A stretch of DNA of 32,000 nt, from the NCBI RefSeq assembly GCF_000007185.1, contig NC_003551.1, positions 750,001-782,000 on the forward strand, in the 5' to 3' direction. The position numbers and the translations under genes were made by a program. The notes below the pieces were generated by a model. The model worked only from the letters and a program-made list of their open reading frames with translations, was not told the DNA's origin and ran no database searches. Below, one piece after another: positions 15,933 to 23,690 of the stretch (its first letter is position 1; every line of letters begins with the position of its first letter). Source of the DNA: Methanopyrus kandleri AV19 (GTDB lineage Archaea > JAADCQ01 > Methanopyri > Methanopyrales > Methanopyraceae).

Positions 15933-16789
15933 ACATCTCGGAGTAGCTCTAACCCGTACTCGAGCGCTTCTAGGTTTCGTTCCGCGATGGATCGCCTGGG
16001 CCAGCTCTCCGGGCGCTCACACCAAGATCGCTGCGTCCGGTACACCCACTCCACACGATCCGGGGACGCGTATCCCTCACGACATAGCGTGTAGAGGACC
16101 TCGACGGCGGGCTTAGTGAACACGACCCCATACCCTCGTGCGGTCAGCTCCGCGAGGACCCATTCTACGCGCTCCGGTGGCACCTCCTGGTAAGGCCGGT
16201 GGGTCTTCTCGCCGTCGTCTATGAACGCGGGTTCCTCGCCGAGTAGTTCCGAAACTATGTGCGCCCCTAACCCTCGGGTTACCAGCGTAGGTACGTCGCC
16301 GGATCCCAGCCCCACGGTCGGACCGAAGAAGCGTACGCTGAGCCACTCGGATCCCAACAGTCTGTGCAGTTCCGGGTGGACTTTGGCGTACACTACCCGG
16401 TCTACCTCCTCCTTGTCCGCTTCTACTCCGTACATGTCTTCCAGTGGTTTCAGGTTCGCGTCCACAAGGATGTCGCGGCCCTTTTCCCGGTGTTCCACCG
16501 CTAGAGCCGTTTCGATAACGTCGACGCTCTCATCACGAAAAGCTACCAGTTCGACTATCGCCCCATCGTCTCGACGTGCTACGAAAGCCGTCACGATAGG
16601 GTAGCGTAAGTATGGTCCGACAGAGTCGACAACGAGCCGGCGACCGGGTTCCGACATCCGAACGCGATGGACGCCCCCTTCCCGAAGCGCCCGTCGCATC
16701 GTCTCGTGCGGATCCAAAATGCCGACCCCGTTCGGTCGGACCGTGGCCCCCTCCTCACGAGCTCGGAGCCGGGGTGGTAGGCTCGTCAT
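15929..16789 (-). CDS. hypothetical protein
   Basis: 286-aa ORF with coding-like acidic composition and no motif I recognise. The start is uncertain because internal Met codons exist. The 131 nt upstream is GC-rich and non-coding. Confidence 0.55.
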   Translation of the reverse strand: MTSLPPRLRAREEGATVRPNGVGILDPHETMRRALREGGVHRVRMSEPGRRLVVDSVGPYLRYPIVTAFVARRDDGAIVELVAFRDESVDVIETALAVEHREKGRDILVDANLKPLEDMYGVEADKEEVDRVVYAKVHPELHRLLGSEWLSVRFFGPTVGLGSGDVPTLVTRGLGAHIVSELLGEEPAFIDDGEKTHRPYQEVPPERVEWVLAELTARGYGVVFTKPAVEVLYTLCREGYASPDRVEWVYRTQRSWCERPESWPRRSIAERNLEALEYGLELLRDV

Positions 16790-16920
16790 CCCGACACGGA
16801 CCCGTGTTCCAGGGGGAGTGTGTCCGGCCCGTCGGACGGCCGTTCATCCGCTGCGAGACGGCCGGTCGCGGCCGCCGGGCGTGATTGTGCCGGACCGCAG
16901 CACGCCCGCCCTCATCTGTT

Positions 16921-18012
16921 TCAGGCGGGCCCGTTCCTTCGGAGGCGACTCCCTTCCATAATAATTATCCCTTTAGAGTCCTCTAAAAACGGATGACACT
17001 GGAGAAGCGACACTAATAGGAACACTATGAACGGCACCTTCAGACGACCGAGGTAGCTGCCCAGAGACGGGTACCCCGGATCCAAGTCCGCGGTCGCATC
17101 GATCAGCTTCAAGATGATGGCGTAAAGTTTCCAAGGCATGTCGAGCCACGGGATTACCAGCGTCCACCCGAGCGCGTCGAGTAACGCGAATAACCACTTC
17201 CGATGGTCCGGACCTAGCAATGAAAGGTTCCATCCGACCCAGATGCCCGGGACGAAGAACGGCTCTCGCAACTTAACGGCCAAGCCTAGCAGGTTGCCGA
17301 GTACGGCTTTGCTCAAATCGTCTAACAGAGCGATCGGCGCCAGCTCGAGCGTGAGTACGAAATCGGACTCGATGGTTTCTAGCGCGTAGCGCGGACATTG
17401 GGCGGCCGTGACCAACACCGACAGCGTTACGAGCCCGAGCTCGATGAGATACCGCTCTACCGGGTACCGGCCCCGTATCAAAGCCTCCCACGCGATCTTA
17501 CCATCCGTCAGCGCACCGTGGATCTCGACCGGCATCAGGTTGAGGAGGTTATCCCAGGCGGAGTCGAACGCCCCTTGGGGATCCAGCGGACTCAGCGCGG
17601 CCGATATCAGAGCTCCGACCACCGGTCCCGCCATAGTGACCTCCGCGTCTTCTCGCGAGACGTTATCGAAGAACCTCGCGGGATCCTCGATGTAGAGCAG
17701 CATAGCCTCCTTATGCCGCTTCCTGAGCTCCTCCTCCGGAGTACCCGGGTCGTAAGGCCCCCTGGTGACGAATCCTATCGGAGGTTCCGCGTGGATGTCG
17801 ATGCACTTCCCGTCCCTACAGTGGAAGAGTATCTTCGGTGGAAACACGTCGAGCTGAACCTCGTCAATGCCCCCGTAGTACTCCGCCTCCACTAAGGCGT
17901 GACCTAGCTCGTGTGCCAGCGTTCCCGTCAAGTATACTGGGTTCATGAGGTCCGCGGACCCTGGAACCGCTGCGATCGATAGAATAAGTGCGACGATTGT
18001 GATCCGTTGCAA
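16921..18012 (-). CDS. site-2 protease-like (peptidase M50) integral membrane metalloprotease, divergent
   Basis: The sequence has HELGHALVEAE, MAGPVVGAL and NLLNLMPVEIHGALTDG (an NxxPxxxxDG-like motif with an insertion), plus multiple hydrophobic segments. I prefer the TTG at 18012 (MQRITIVALILSIAAV...). The ORF-track start at 18141 would add 43 aa antisense to the conserved N-terminus of the neighbouring gene. Confidence 0.6.
   Translation of the reverse strand: MQRITIVALILSIAAVPGSADLMNPVYLTGTLAHELGHALVEAEYYGGIDEVQLDVFPPKILFHCRDGKCIDIHAEPPIGFVTRGPYDPGTPEEELRKRHKEAMLLYIEDPARFFDNVSREDAEVTMAGPVVGALISAALSPLDPQGAFDSAWDNLLNLMPVEIHGALTDGKIAWEALIRGRYPVERYLIELGLVTLSVLVTAAQCPRYALETIESDFVLTLELAPIALLDDLSKAVLGNLLGLAVKLREPFFVPGIWVGWNLSLLGPDHRKWLFALLDALGWTLVIPWLDMPWKLYAIILKLIDATADLDPGYPSLGSYLGRLKVPFIVFLLVSLLQCHPFLEDSKGIIIMEGSRLRRNGPA
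16958..16987 (-). promoter_or_regulatory. AT-rich box plus inverted repeat inside the 3' end of the S2P gene; possible internal promoter/operator for the downstream gene
   Basis: ATAATAATTAT (16958-16968) is followed by TTTAGAG-tc-CTCTAAA (16972-16987, a perfect 7-bp IR). This is by far the most AT-rich patch in the neighbourhood. Confidence 0.3.
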
Positions 18013-18028
18013 GGGGAGCTCCCCTTGC
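18009..18028. repeat. perfect 20-bp palindrome GCAAGGGGAG/CTCCCCTTGC spanning both divergent start codons
   Basis: Read directly from the sequence. On each strand it gives GGGGAG followed 6 nt later by TTG. These are the + TTG at 18025-27 and the - TTG at 18012-10. Confidence 0.95.
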
Positions 18029-18816
18029 GTCTGATCACGTTGACCACGGACTTCGGGCTCGGTTCTCCGTATCCGGCCCAGGTTAAAGCTGTGATTCTCA
18101 GAATCGCGGCCCCAGGCGTCGATATCGTCGACGTAACCCACGAAGTCCCGGCACAGGACGTGGTGGCTGGTTCCTACGTGATGTCAGTCGCGTGTCCGTG
18201 GTTTCCACCGGGGTCCGTCCACGTGGGTGTGGTGGATCCCGGAGTGGGGACCGAGCGTAGGGCCGTCCTACTGGAGGCGGAGCGCGGGGACTTCTTGGTG
18301 GGACCGGACAACGGCCTCCTGATACCTCTCGCCGAAGAGCTCGGTGGAATCGTCCGGGCCTTTCGTATCCTCGAGGACGAAGTCTCGGACTGGGAAGTCT
18401 CCGCTACCTTCCACGGACGCGACGTATTCGCCCCAGCCGCCGCGCGAGTGGCGTCAGGTGAGAGTCCGGAGAGGTTCTGTGAACCCCTAGACCCAGAGGA
18501 ACTAGTCGAGCCACCGATCGCCGAACCTGAAGTGGACGACGGCCACGTGCGTGCCCAGGTGTGGTTCGTGGATGACTTCGGGAACATCATCACGAACGTC
18601 CTGTACGACGAGGTGGACCTGCCCGAGACCGTGACGATCCGCGTCTCCGGGGAATCCTTCGAGGCTAGGCACGTCCACACGTATGGGGAGGCGGACTCCG
18701 GTGATCTGGTTGTCCTACGGTCTTCCTCCGACCACCTGGAAATCGCGGTCGTAGAGGGGAGCGCTGCCGAACTGCTCGGCGTCTCGACGGCCGACCGGCT
18801 CGAGATTCTCTACTGA
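18025..18816 (+). CDS. S-adenosyl-L-methionine hydroxide adenosyltransferase (DUF62 / SAM hydrolase, fluorinase-chlorinase superfamily)
   Basis: The motifs are (M)RLITLTTDFG...YPAQVKAVI, VDVTHEVPAQDV, VHVGVVDPGVGTERR, VGPDNGLL and TFHGRDVFAPAAA. The TTG at 18025 has an SD 6 nt upstream. The in-frame TTG at 18007 (the ORF-track start) is the alternative. Confidence 0.85.
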   Translation: MRLITLTTDFGLGSPYPAQVKAVILRIAAPGVDIVDVTHEVPAQDVVAGSYVMSVACPWFPPGSVHVGVVDPGVGTERRAVLLEAERGDFLVGPDNGLLIPLAEELGGIVRAFRILEDEVSDWEVSATFHGRDVFAPAAARVASGESPERFCEPLDPEELVEPPIAEPEVDDGHVRAQVWFVDDFGNIITNVLYDEVDLPETVTIRVSGESFEARHVHTYGEADSGDLVVLRSSSDHLEIAVVEGSAAELLGVSTADRLEILY

Positions 18817-18855
18817 CCGTGCGGAAGCGGACCGCGCGGGGTTCCCCGGTGCGGA

Positions 18856-20355
18856 TTAATCCCGTCGCACCTCTGTTACGGCCTCGGGCTCAGCCGCCCA
18901 CGGGTTTCTGAGGACCTTCGGAACATACTCAGCGACGTCTTCCGCCGTGAGTCCCTGGGATAACCTCCGCTCCGCCAAGCATCCGGCGCTACCCACTACG
19001 AACGCCCCGATACACGCGGCTTCGAACCCTTCCCTACACCGGGCTGCGACTCCGGCGACGACCCCGGCGAGTACGTCACCCGTGCCTCCTACGGTCATCG
19101 CCGGGGTTCCCGTGACGTTCCATCTGATCTCGCCGTCGGGGGACCCGATGACGTCAACTCTACCTTTCAGTAGGATGGTGCATCCGAGTTCCTCCGAAAC
19201 CCGCCGGACGGCTTCCGAACGATCCTCGAGAGATCTCCCCAGCTCCTCCCCGAACTCCCTCCTGAACTCCCCCGCATGTGGCGTTAGAACGAACCTATCG
19301 TCCACGTTTACCCCCGAGATTCCTCGCAGTCCGTCGGCGTCGACGATAATCATCCCGTCGAAGGACTCCGCCAGCTCTCTCAGGATTCCGACGGAGTCCG
19401 CGTCTGCGCCGAGTCCGGGCCCGACTACTACAGTGTCCACGCCCTCGAGGTCAACTTCATCCAGGTGCTCTGGCTCGAGCCGCTCCGCGGGGACCGCTCT
19501 GTAGATAACGTTCGGGTCGTTCTTGGGCACCGCGTCGACGGTTAGCAGGAAGACGAGGTCCACACCGGCCCTGAGCGCGCCTCGTGCGGCCAGCTGTGGC
19601 GCTCCAACGTACTTCCGCGAGCCGCCTATGATCAGTACGCGGCCGTGCTGGCCCTTATGCGACCAGGGATCGCGCCGCCAGATATCCGAGGTGATGAGGT
19701 CGCCCGGACCGCAGATCCGCTCGGCTATCTCGGGGATCCCCGCGTTCACCCTCCGGAGGAACACGTCTCGTAGCTTCCGAACGCCACGTTTATGTCGATG
19801 TATCGACACTACCAGGTCCGCTTCGACGGCGACGTCCGGTGTCTCTCCGCTGTCGGGATCGAGCCCTGTAGGAATGTCGATGGAGACCACTCGCGTCCCC
19901 GCACGTGAGGCCTCGTTGATCCGAAGGACCGCCGATCTCACGGGTTCGCGCAGCCGTCCTCGGATCCCGAACCCGAGGAGCGCGTCGACGACTACGTCCC
20001 GCTCGAAATCGACGCTCTCGAGATCTTCCGAATCTCGGACCTCCTGGACGGGGATCCCCGCGCGGTCCAGCCTCCTGAGGTTCAACTCGGCCGCCTCGTT
20101 CTTGATGGCCTCACGCCGTCCCACGAGGAGCACATCGACGTCCACTCCCTCGGAGTCCAGGTGGCGGGCGGTGACGAACCCGTCCCCACCGTTTCCACCT
20201 GTACCACAGACGACCAAGACGTCGTTTGGGGAGTATTCCCCGATCACTACCCTAGCCACGCCGGCTCCGGCGTTCTCCATCATGAAGTCCTCTTCAAAGC
20301 CCAGCCACCGCGAGTTGAGCTCGATCCTCCTCATTTCCTTCGAGGTGATGAACAC
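18856..20355 (-). CDS. nnr: bifunctional NAD(P)H-hydrate repair enzyme Nnr (NAD(P)HX epimerase / ADP-dependent dehydratase)
   Basis: 499 aa with a GTG start. The YjeF_N motif is VVCGTGGNGGDG. The YjeF_C motifs are HKGQHGRVLIIGGS and TVGGTGDVLAGV. Confidence 0.92.
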   Translation of the reverse strand: MFITSKEMRRIELNSRWLGFEEDFMMENAGAGVARVVIGEYSPNDVLVVCGTGGNGGDGFVTARHLDSEGVDVDVLLVGRREAIKNEAAELNLRRLDRAGIPVQEVRDSEDLESVDFERDVVVDALLGFGIRGRLREPVRSAVLRINEASRAGTRVVSIDIPTGLDPDSGETPDVAVEADLVVSIHRHKRGVRKLRDVFLRRVNAGIPEIAERICGPGDLITSDIWRRDPWSHKGQHGRVLIIGGSRKYVGAPQLAARGALRAGVDLVFLLTVDAVPKNDPNVIYRAVPAERLEPEHLDEVDLEGVDTVVVGPGLGADADSVGILRELAESFDGMIIVDADGLRGISGVNVDDRFVLTPHAGEFRREFGEELGRSLEDRSEAVRRVSEELGCTILLKGRVDVIGSPDGEIRWNVTGTPAMTVGGTGDVLAGVVAGVAARCREGFEAACIGAFVVGSAGCLAERRLSQGLTAEDVAEYVPKVLRNPWAAEPEAVTEVRRD

Positions 20356-20474
20356 GGATCCACCCCCAAGTGTGCGGAGAACGGGAACGGGAGCGTACTC
20401 GTTCCACCGGAAGCGTCAACCGGGGGGAAACACGGATTAAGGACCGTGGGATTTCGTGGCAGGGGAAGTCGGCC

Positions 20475-21254
20475 GTGGAGGTCCACGAGCTTACGATTCT
20501 AGGCGGTACCGATAAAGATGGTCGGCCCGAACCCGTCTGAGAACTTACTCTGGAACGTGGAACGATAGCCGCGGTCGTAGGTCTCACCGGCTCAGGTAAA
20601 TCCGCGCTACTGCGTGACGTCGAAATCCTAGCGCAGGGTGACACCGAGACAGGCCGCAGAATCCTGCTCGACGGTGAGGAACCATCCGATGATCTCCGGT
20701 TCGATCCGGAGCACCGTCTTGTTGCCCACGTGACCCAAACCATGGGATTCCTCGCCGACTGTACCGTCCGCGAGTTCGTCGAGATACACGCCGAGAGCCG
20801 TGGCGTCGACGTCGATCCAGAGGAGGTCGTCGATGTCGCCAATCGTTTCACGGGTGAACCGATAGATCCGGACATGAAGATGACCGAACTCAGCGGTGGT
20901 CAGTCACGGTCACTCATGATAGCCGACGTGGCTTTGATCAGCGACTCACCCGTCGTCCTCATCGACGAAATCGAGAACGCAGGAATCTGCAAACACGAAG
21001 CTCTCGACGAGCTCACGGCGCGAGATAAGATCGTCCTCTTGGTCACTCACGACCCCGTCGTGGCCTTACGATCCGATTTCCGGATCGTCATGCGGAACGG
21101 AGCGATGACCGAGATAGTGGAGACGACGCAGCGAGAACGGGAAGTCGCCGAGCTCCTCGAGCGCGTGGACACGTGGCTCCTCGACCTCCGAAACCGCGTC
21201 CGCTGTGGTGAGCGCCTGGACGATGTCGAACCACCTGCGGGGATCGAGACGTGA
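20475..21254 (+). CDS. soluble ABC-type ATPase; reading frame interrupted by an in-frame TGA at 20538-20540 (pseudogene, recoding or sequence error)
   Basis: The frame reads GTG 20475 MEVHELTILGGTDKDGRPEPV-TGA-ELTLERGTIAAVVGLTGSGKSALL (Walker A). It continues through VTQTMGF (Q-loop), LSGGQ, VVLIDEIE (Walker B) and LLVTHD (H-loop). No ATG, GTG or TTG occurs between 20541 and 20717. The ORF track only reports the tail (20730-21254). No membrane-domain partner is nearby. Confidence 0.65.
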
Positions 21255-21961
21255 AGCTGGTAATAGTCTCGGGCACGCCCGGATCCGGTAAGACCGCCGT
21301 CATCCTCCACGCACTGGAACGACTACTCGACCAGTACAACCCCGCTGTCGTCAAAGTCGACTGTCTCCGCACCGACGACCATGAGGTGTACCGTGAGCGC
21401 TTAGGGATTCCCGCCACCGACGCCCTAGCTAAGGACATGTGTCCCGACCACTTCGCAGCTTATAACCTCGAACACATGGTTCGCTGGGCCGAAGAACACG
21501 GTGCGGACCTGCTCGTCGTGGAAACCGCGGGTCTCTGCCTCCGCTGCGCACCCTACGTCGATGCCTGTCTTGGAGTCTGCGTCGCCGACGTCACCTTAGG
21601 TCCGAACTCCCCAGCCAAGGTCGGTCCCTTCCTGCAGACAGCCGACGTTGTCTGCGTCAACAAGGGCGACCTGGTCTCCCAGGCCGAACGTGAGGTCTAC
21701 GTTCGGAAGGTGGCCGAGGTGAATCCAGACTGTCGGGTCATCGAAACCAACGGACTCACCGGAGCCGGCTGTGAACTACTAGCTCGACTGATCGAAGAGG
21801 AAGCCCCCGAGCTGCCCGATACCCTCGACGAAGTCAGACTCCGTGAGAAGGCTCCGCTCGCCGTCTGCACGCTCTGCGTGGGCGAGACACGGGTTGCCGA
21901 GCGTTACCACCGTGGGGTGCTCAGGCGCATTGACGGATTCACGGAGTACCGAGGTGAGTAA
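21251..21961 (+). CDS. G3E-family P-loop GTPase (HypB/UreG/CobW-like metallochaperone)
   Basis: 236 aa. The motifs are GTPGSGKT, VVETAGLCLRCAPY, NKGD, a CPDH motif (compare UreG CPH) and a C-terminal CTLC. The GTG start overlaps the upstream TGA (GTGA). Confidence 0.8.
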   Translation: MKLVIVSGTPGSGKTAVILHALERLLDQYNPAVVKVDCLRTDDHEVYRERLGIPATDALAKDMCPDHFAAYNLEHMVRWAEEHGADLLVVETAGLCLRCAPYVDACLGVCVADVTLGPNSPAKVGPFLQTADVVCVNKGDLVSQAEREVYVRKVAEVNPDCRVIETNGLTGAGCELLARLIEEEAPELPDTLDEVRLREKAPLAVCTLCVGETRVAERYHRGVLRRIDGFTEYRGE

Positions 21962-22610
21962 GCTCGTCGAACTGCTTCCTGGGTTCCACTGTGGAGCCTG
22001 CGGGTACGACCGATGCGATGACTTCGCCGAGGCACTGGTCCGCGGGGAGGCCAAGCTTGACGACTGCCCTTACCTTCAAACCGAGCGGTTCGCCGAGGAG
22101 CGCCGACGGCTCGAGAAACTCCTGGAGGAGATCGGAGAAGCCGAAGGAGCGCGCCCCAGCATCACTGGAGTCCTGGACGGCTACGAGGCCGACTTAGTGC
22201 TTTCACCCCTCCCGGACGAGCCCGCCTGCCGTGAGATCCTCCATCCTTTCTGGTCCGAGGCCGATATCGAGGAGGGTGACGTCATCCGCTACAGGCCGTG
22301 GGGTTGTCCTACCACGCATTTCGCGCGCGTTCTCGATGCGGAGAAGGGTCTCCTGACAGTCCATATCGTAGGACCTAGGCACCGACTCGGCGAAACTGAC
22401 TTCGAGTATAAGGACGTTGGCCTGTGCCTCGTAGTCGGGTTCGAGGGGATCGTATCGGAAGGTAGAGTGCCCAATGTCGGGGAGACGGTCCGGTTCGTCC
22501 CGGAGCACTGCATGATGCAGAAAGTTCACTCTGGGGTGGTTATCGAGGCAGTCGGTGACCGGTTGCGCATAGAGTGTATCGACCTGAAGGTTTGGGCTCC
22601 GCCGAAGTAA
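21954..22610 (+). CDS. Fe-S protein with an RnfB/CdhE-type N-terminal [4Fe-4S] domain and an uncharacterised beta-rich C-terminal domain
   Basis: From the GTG at 21954 the sequence is VSKLVELLPGFHCGACGYDRCDDFAEALVRGEAKLDDCPYL, which matches the LPxxxCGxCGYxxCxxFAEAxxxGEAxxxxCP signature. There is an 8-nt overlap with the GTPase gene. The ORF-track start at 21843 lies inside that gene. Confidence 0.7.
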   Translation: MSKLVELLPGFHCGACGYDRCDDFAEALVRGEAKLDDCPYLQTERFAEERRRLEKLLEEIGEAEGARPSITGVLDGYEADLVLSPLPDEPACREILHPFWSEADIEEGDVIRYRPWGCPTTHFARVLDAEKGLLTVHIVGPRHRLGETDFEYKDVGLCLVVGFEGIVSEGRVPNVGETVRFVPEHCMMQKVHSGVVIEAVGDRLRIECIDLKVWAPPK

Positions 22611-22761
22611 TCCTCGGCTCAACGACGTACCATGGAGTTCGTTCCGGTATCCCTCGCTTAAGAGGAAACGCGGCGGTTTCCGCTATGTCGGAGCCCTGGG
22701 GATGAGGAGCGAGGAACCCTGCGGAGTGGTGGAGTGAAGAGGGGTCGACTTACCGACCCTC

Positions 22762-23676
22762 TCACCTCACGATTTCCCTCCATCGTCGGACGTTCTCGTC
22801 CTCGGGTTCCCAGCGCAGTGCCACGTTGCTCCCTACTTCGACCCCTAGCTCCTCGGCGACGGGCTCGCACTTAGCCCTCAGCAGGAAGTACACGGGCACG
22901 TCGGGGAACGGCTCCTCCGGGATGGACTCGAAGTTACCTTGCCCTTTGGATATCACCACGTCGGCGGAGGATAACTCCTCGGCGAACTCCTCGCTGACTT
23001 CGGTCGCGAGCAGTCCGAGCATCTCGGCCCCCGTGTCGATCACGTCGCAGATCTCGGTAATACCGACTTGCTCGGCGTCCTCCCGCGTGGCGTCGTTCAC
23101 TATCGGACCACCGCGGACGGCCACTACCACGTCGCACTCCAACTCTTCCACCAACACCTCGATCAGCAGCTTATCCAGGGCGATCTCTCCCGCGTTATCG
23201 CACAGGTAGAGCACGCGTGCGCCTCTGAGATCCTCAGGTTTCAGGTCGAAGACTGCGAACTCCGCGCTGCTGATCTCCTCACGGAGTTCGTCGAGGTCGA
23301 ACTCATGGCCTGCTACCGCGAAGTCGATAGTGTTACCGACGATCGCCGCGGCCGCGGCCCGCTTCAGGAGTTCCTCAGGGTCCTCGATATTCTCGAGATC
23401 GCTCTCGAGCTCCCGTGCGACCGCCGCCGCGCGCTCGTTGGCCCGCCGCTTCTCCTCTCGGTAGGGGTCCGGATCCTCCGAGTACTTCATGACGGTCCGT
23501 TGTGCTTCGGTACCCAGTCTCGGAGGTTGGGGTGTGGGTTCCATCCGGTACAACTCGCTCACACGCTCGGTTGCGGCTAGGATGGCCTCCTTCTGACGAT
23601 CCTCCGGAACAGCTCGTTCGACGGTGTTTACCGCGATTTCAAGCACGCACGGTACGCACCGTGGTACTGCCCTCAT
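22762..23676 (-). CDS. DUF89 family protein (damage-control phosphatase, ARMT1-like)
   Basis: The motifs are MRAVPRCVPCVLE (N-terminal CxxC), YLCDNAGEIALD and ISKGQGNFES. I prefer the ATG at 23676 because the start at 23748 would overlap the upstream gene by 58 nt. Confidence 0.85.
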   Translation of the reverse strand: MRAVPRCVPCVLEIAVNTVERAVPEDRQKEAILAATERVSELYRMEPTPQPPRLGTEAQRTVMKYSEDPDPYREEKRRANERAAAVARELESDLENIEDPEELLKRAAAAAIVGNTIDFAVAGHEFDLDELREEISSAEFAVFDLKPEDLRGARVLYLCDNAGEIALDKLLIEVLVEELECDVVVAVRGGPIVNDATREDAEQVGITEICDVIDTGAEMLGLLATEVSEEFAEELSSADVVISKGQGNFESIPEEPFPDVPVYFLLRAKCEPVAEELGVEVGSNVALRWEPEDENVRRWREIVR

Positions 23677-23690
23677 TACCGACGCCCCCG

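Noticed and set aside
16790-16920. A possible tRNA in the GC-rich spacer (GTTCATCC resembles a T-loop).
   Set aside because: The loop would lack the invariant A58. I could not build a cloverleaf on either strand, because there is no acceptor/T-stem pairing.
18013-18141. The N-terminal 43-aa extension of the S2P-like ORF (start at 18141).
   Set aside because: It would be encoded antisense to the conserved N-terminus of the DUF62 gene. The TTG at 18012, with its own SD within the palindrome, gives a normal signal/TM-type N-terminus.
22702-22756. AUGAGGA ... CUGC ... GUGAAGA-12 nt-CCGA considered as a C/D sRNA.
   Set aside because: Every box has a mismatch and the first spacer is 10 nt. The 3' half is better explained by the imperfect hairpin.
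22664-22765. The two hairpins downstream of the ABC/GTPase/Fe-S operon considered as an archaeal SECIS for the in-frame TGA.
   Set aside because: In the first hairpin the GAA is base-paired to UUU. In the second the internal loop is GAA (or AA, depending on the fold) opposite U/UC, followed by an 8-9-bp upper helix. Neither fits the GAA/A loop plus 3-bp helix consensus as I recall it. A proper SECIS search is still needed.
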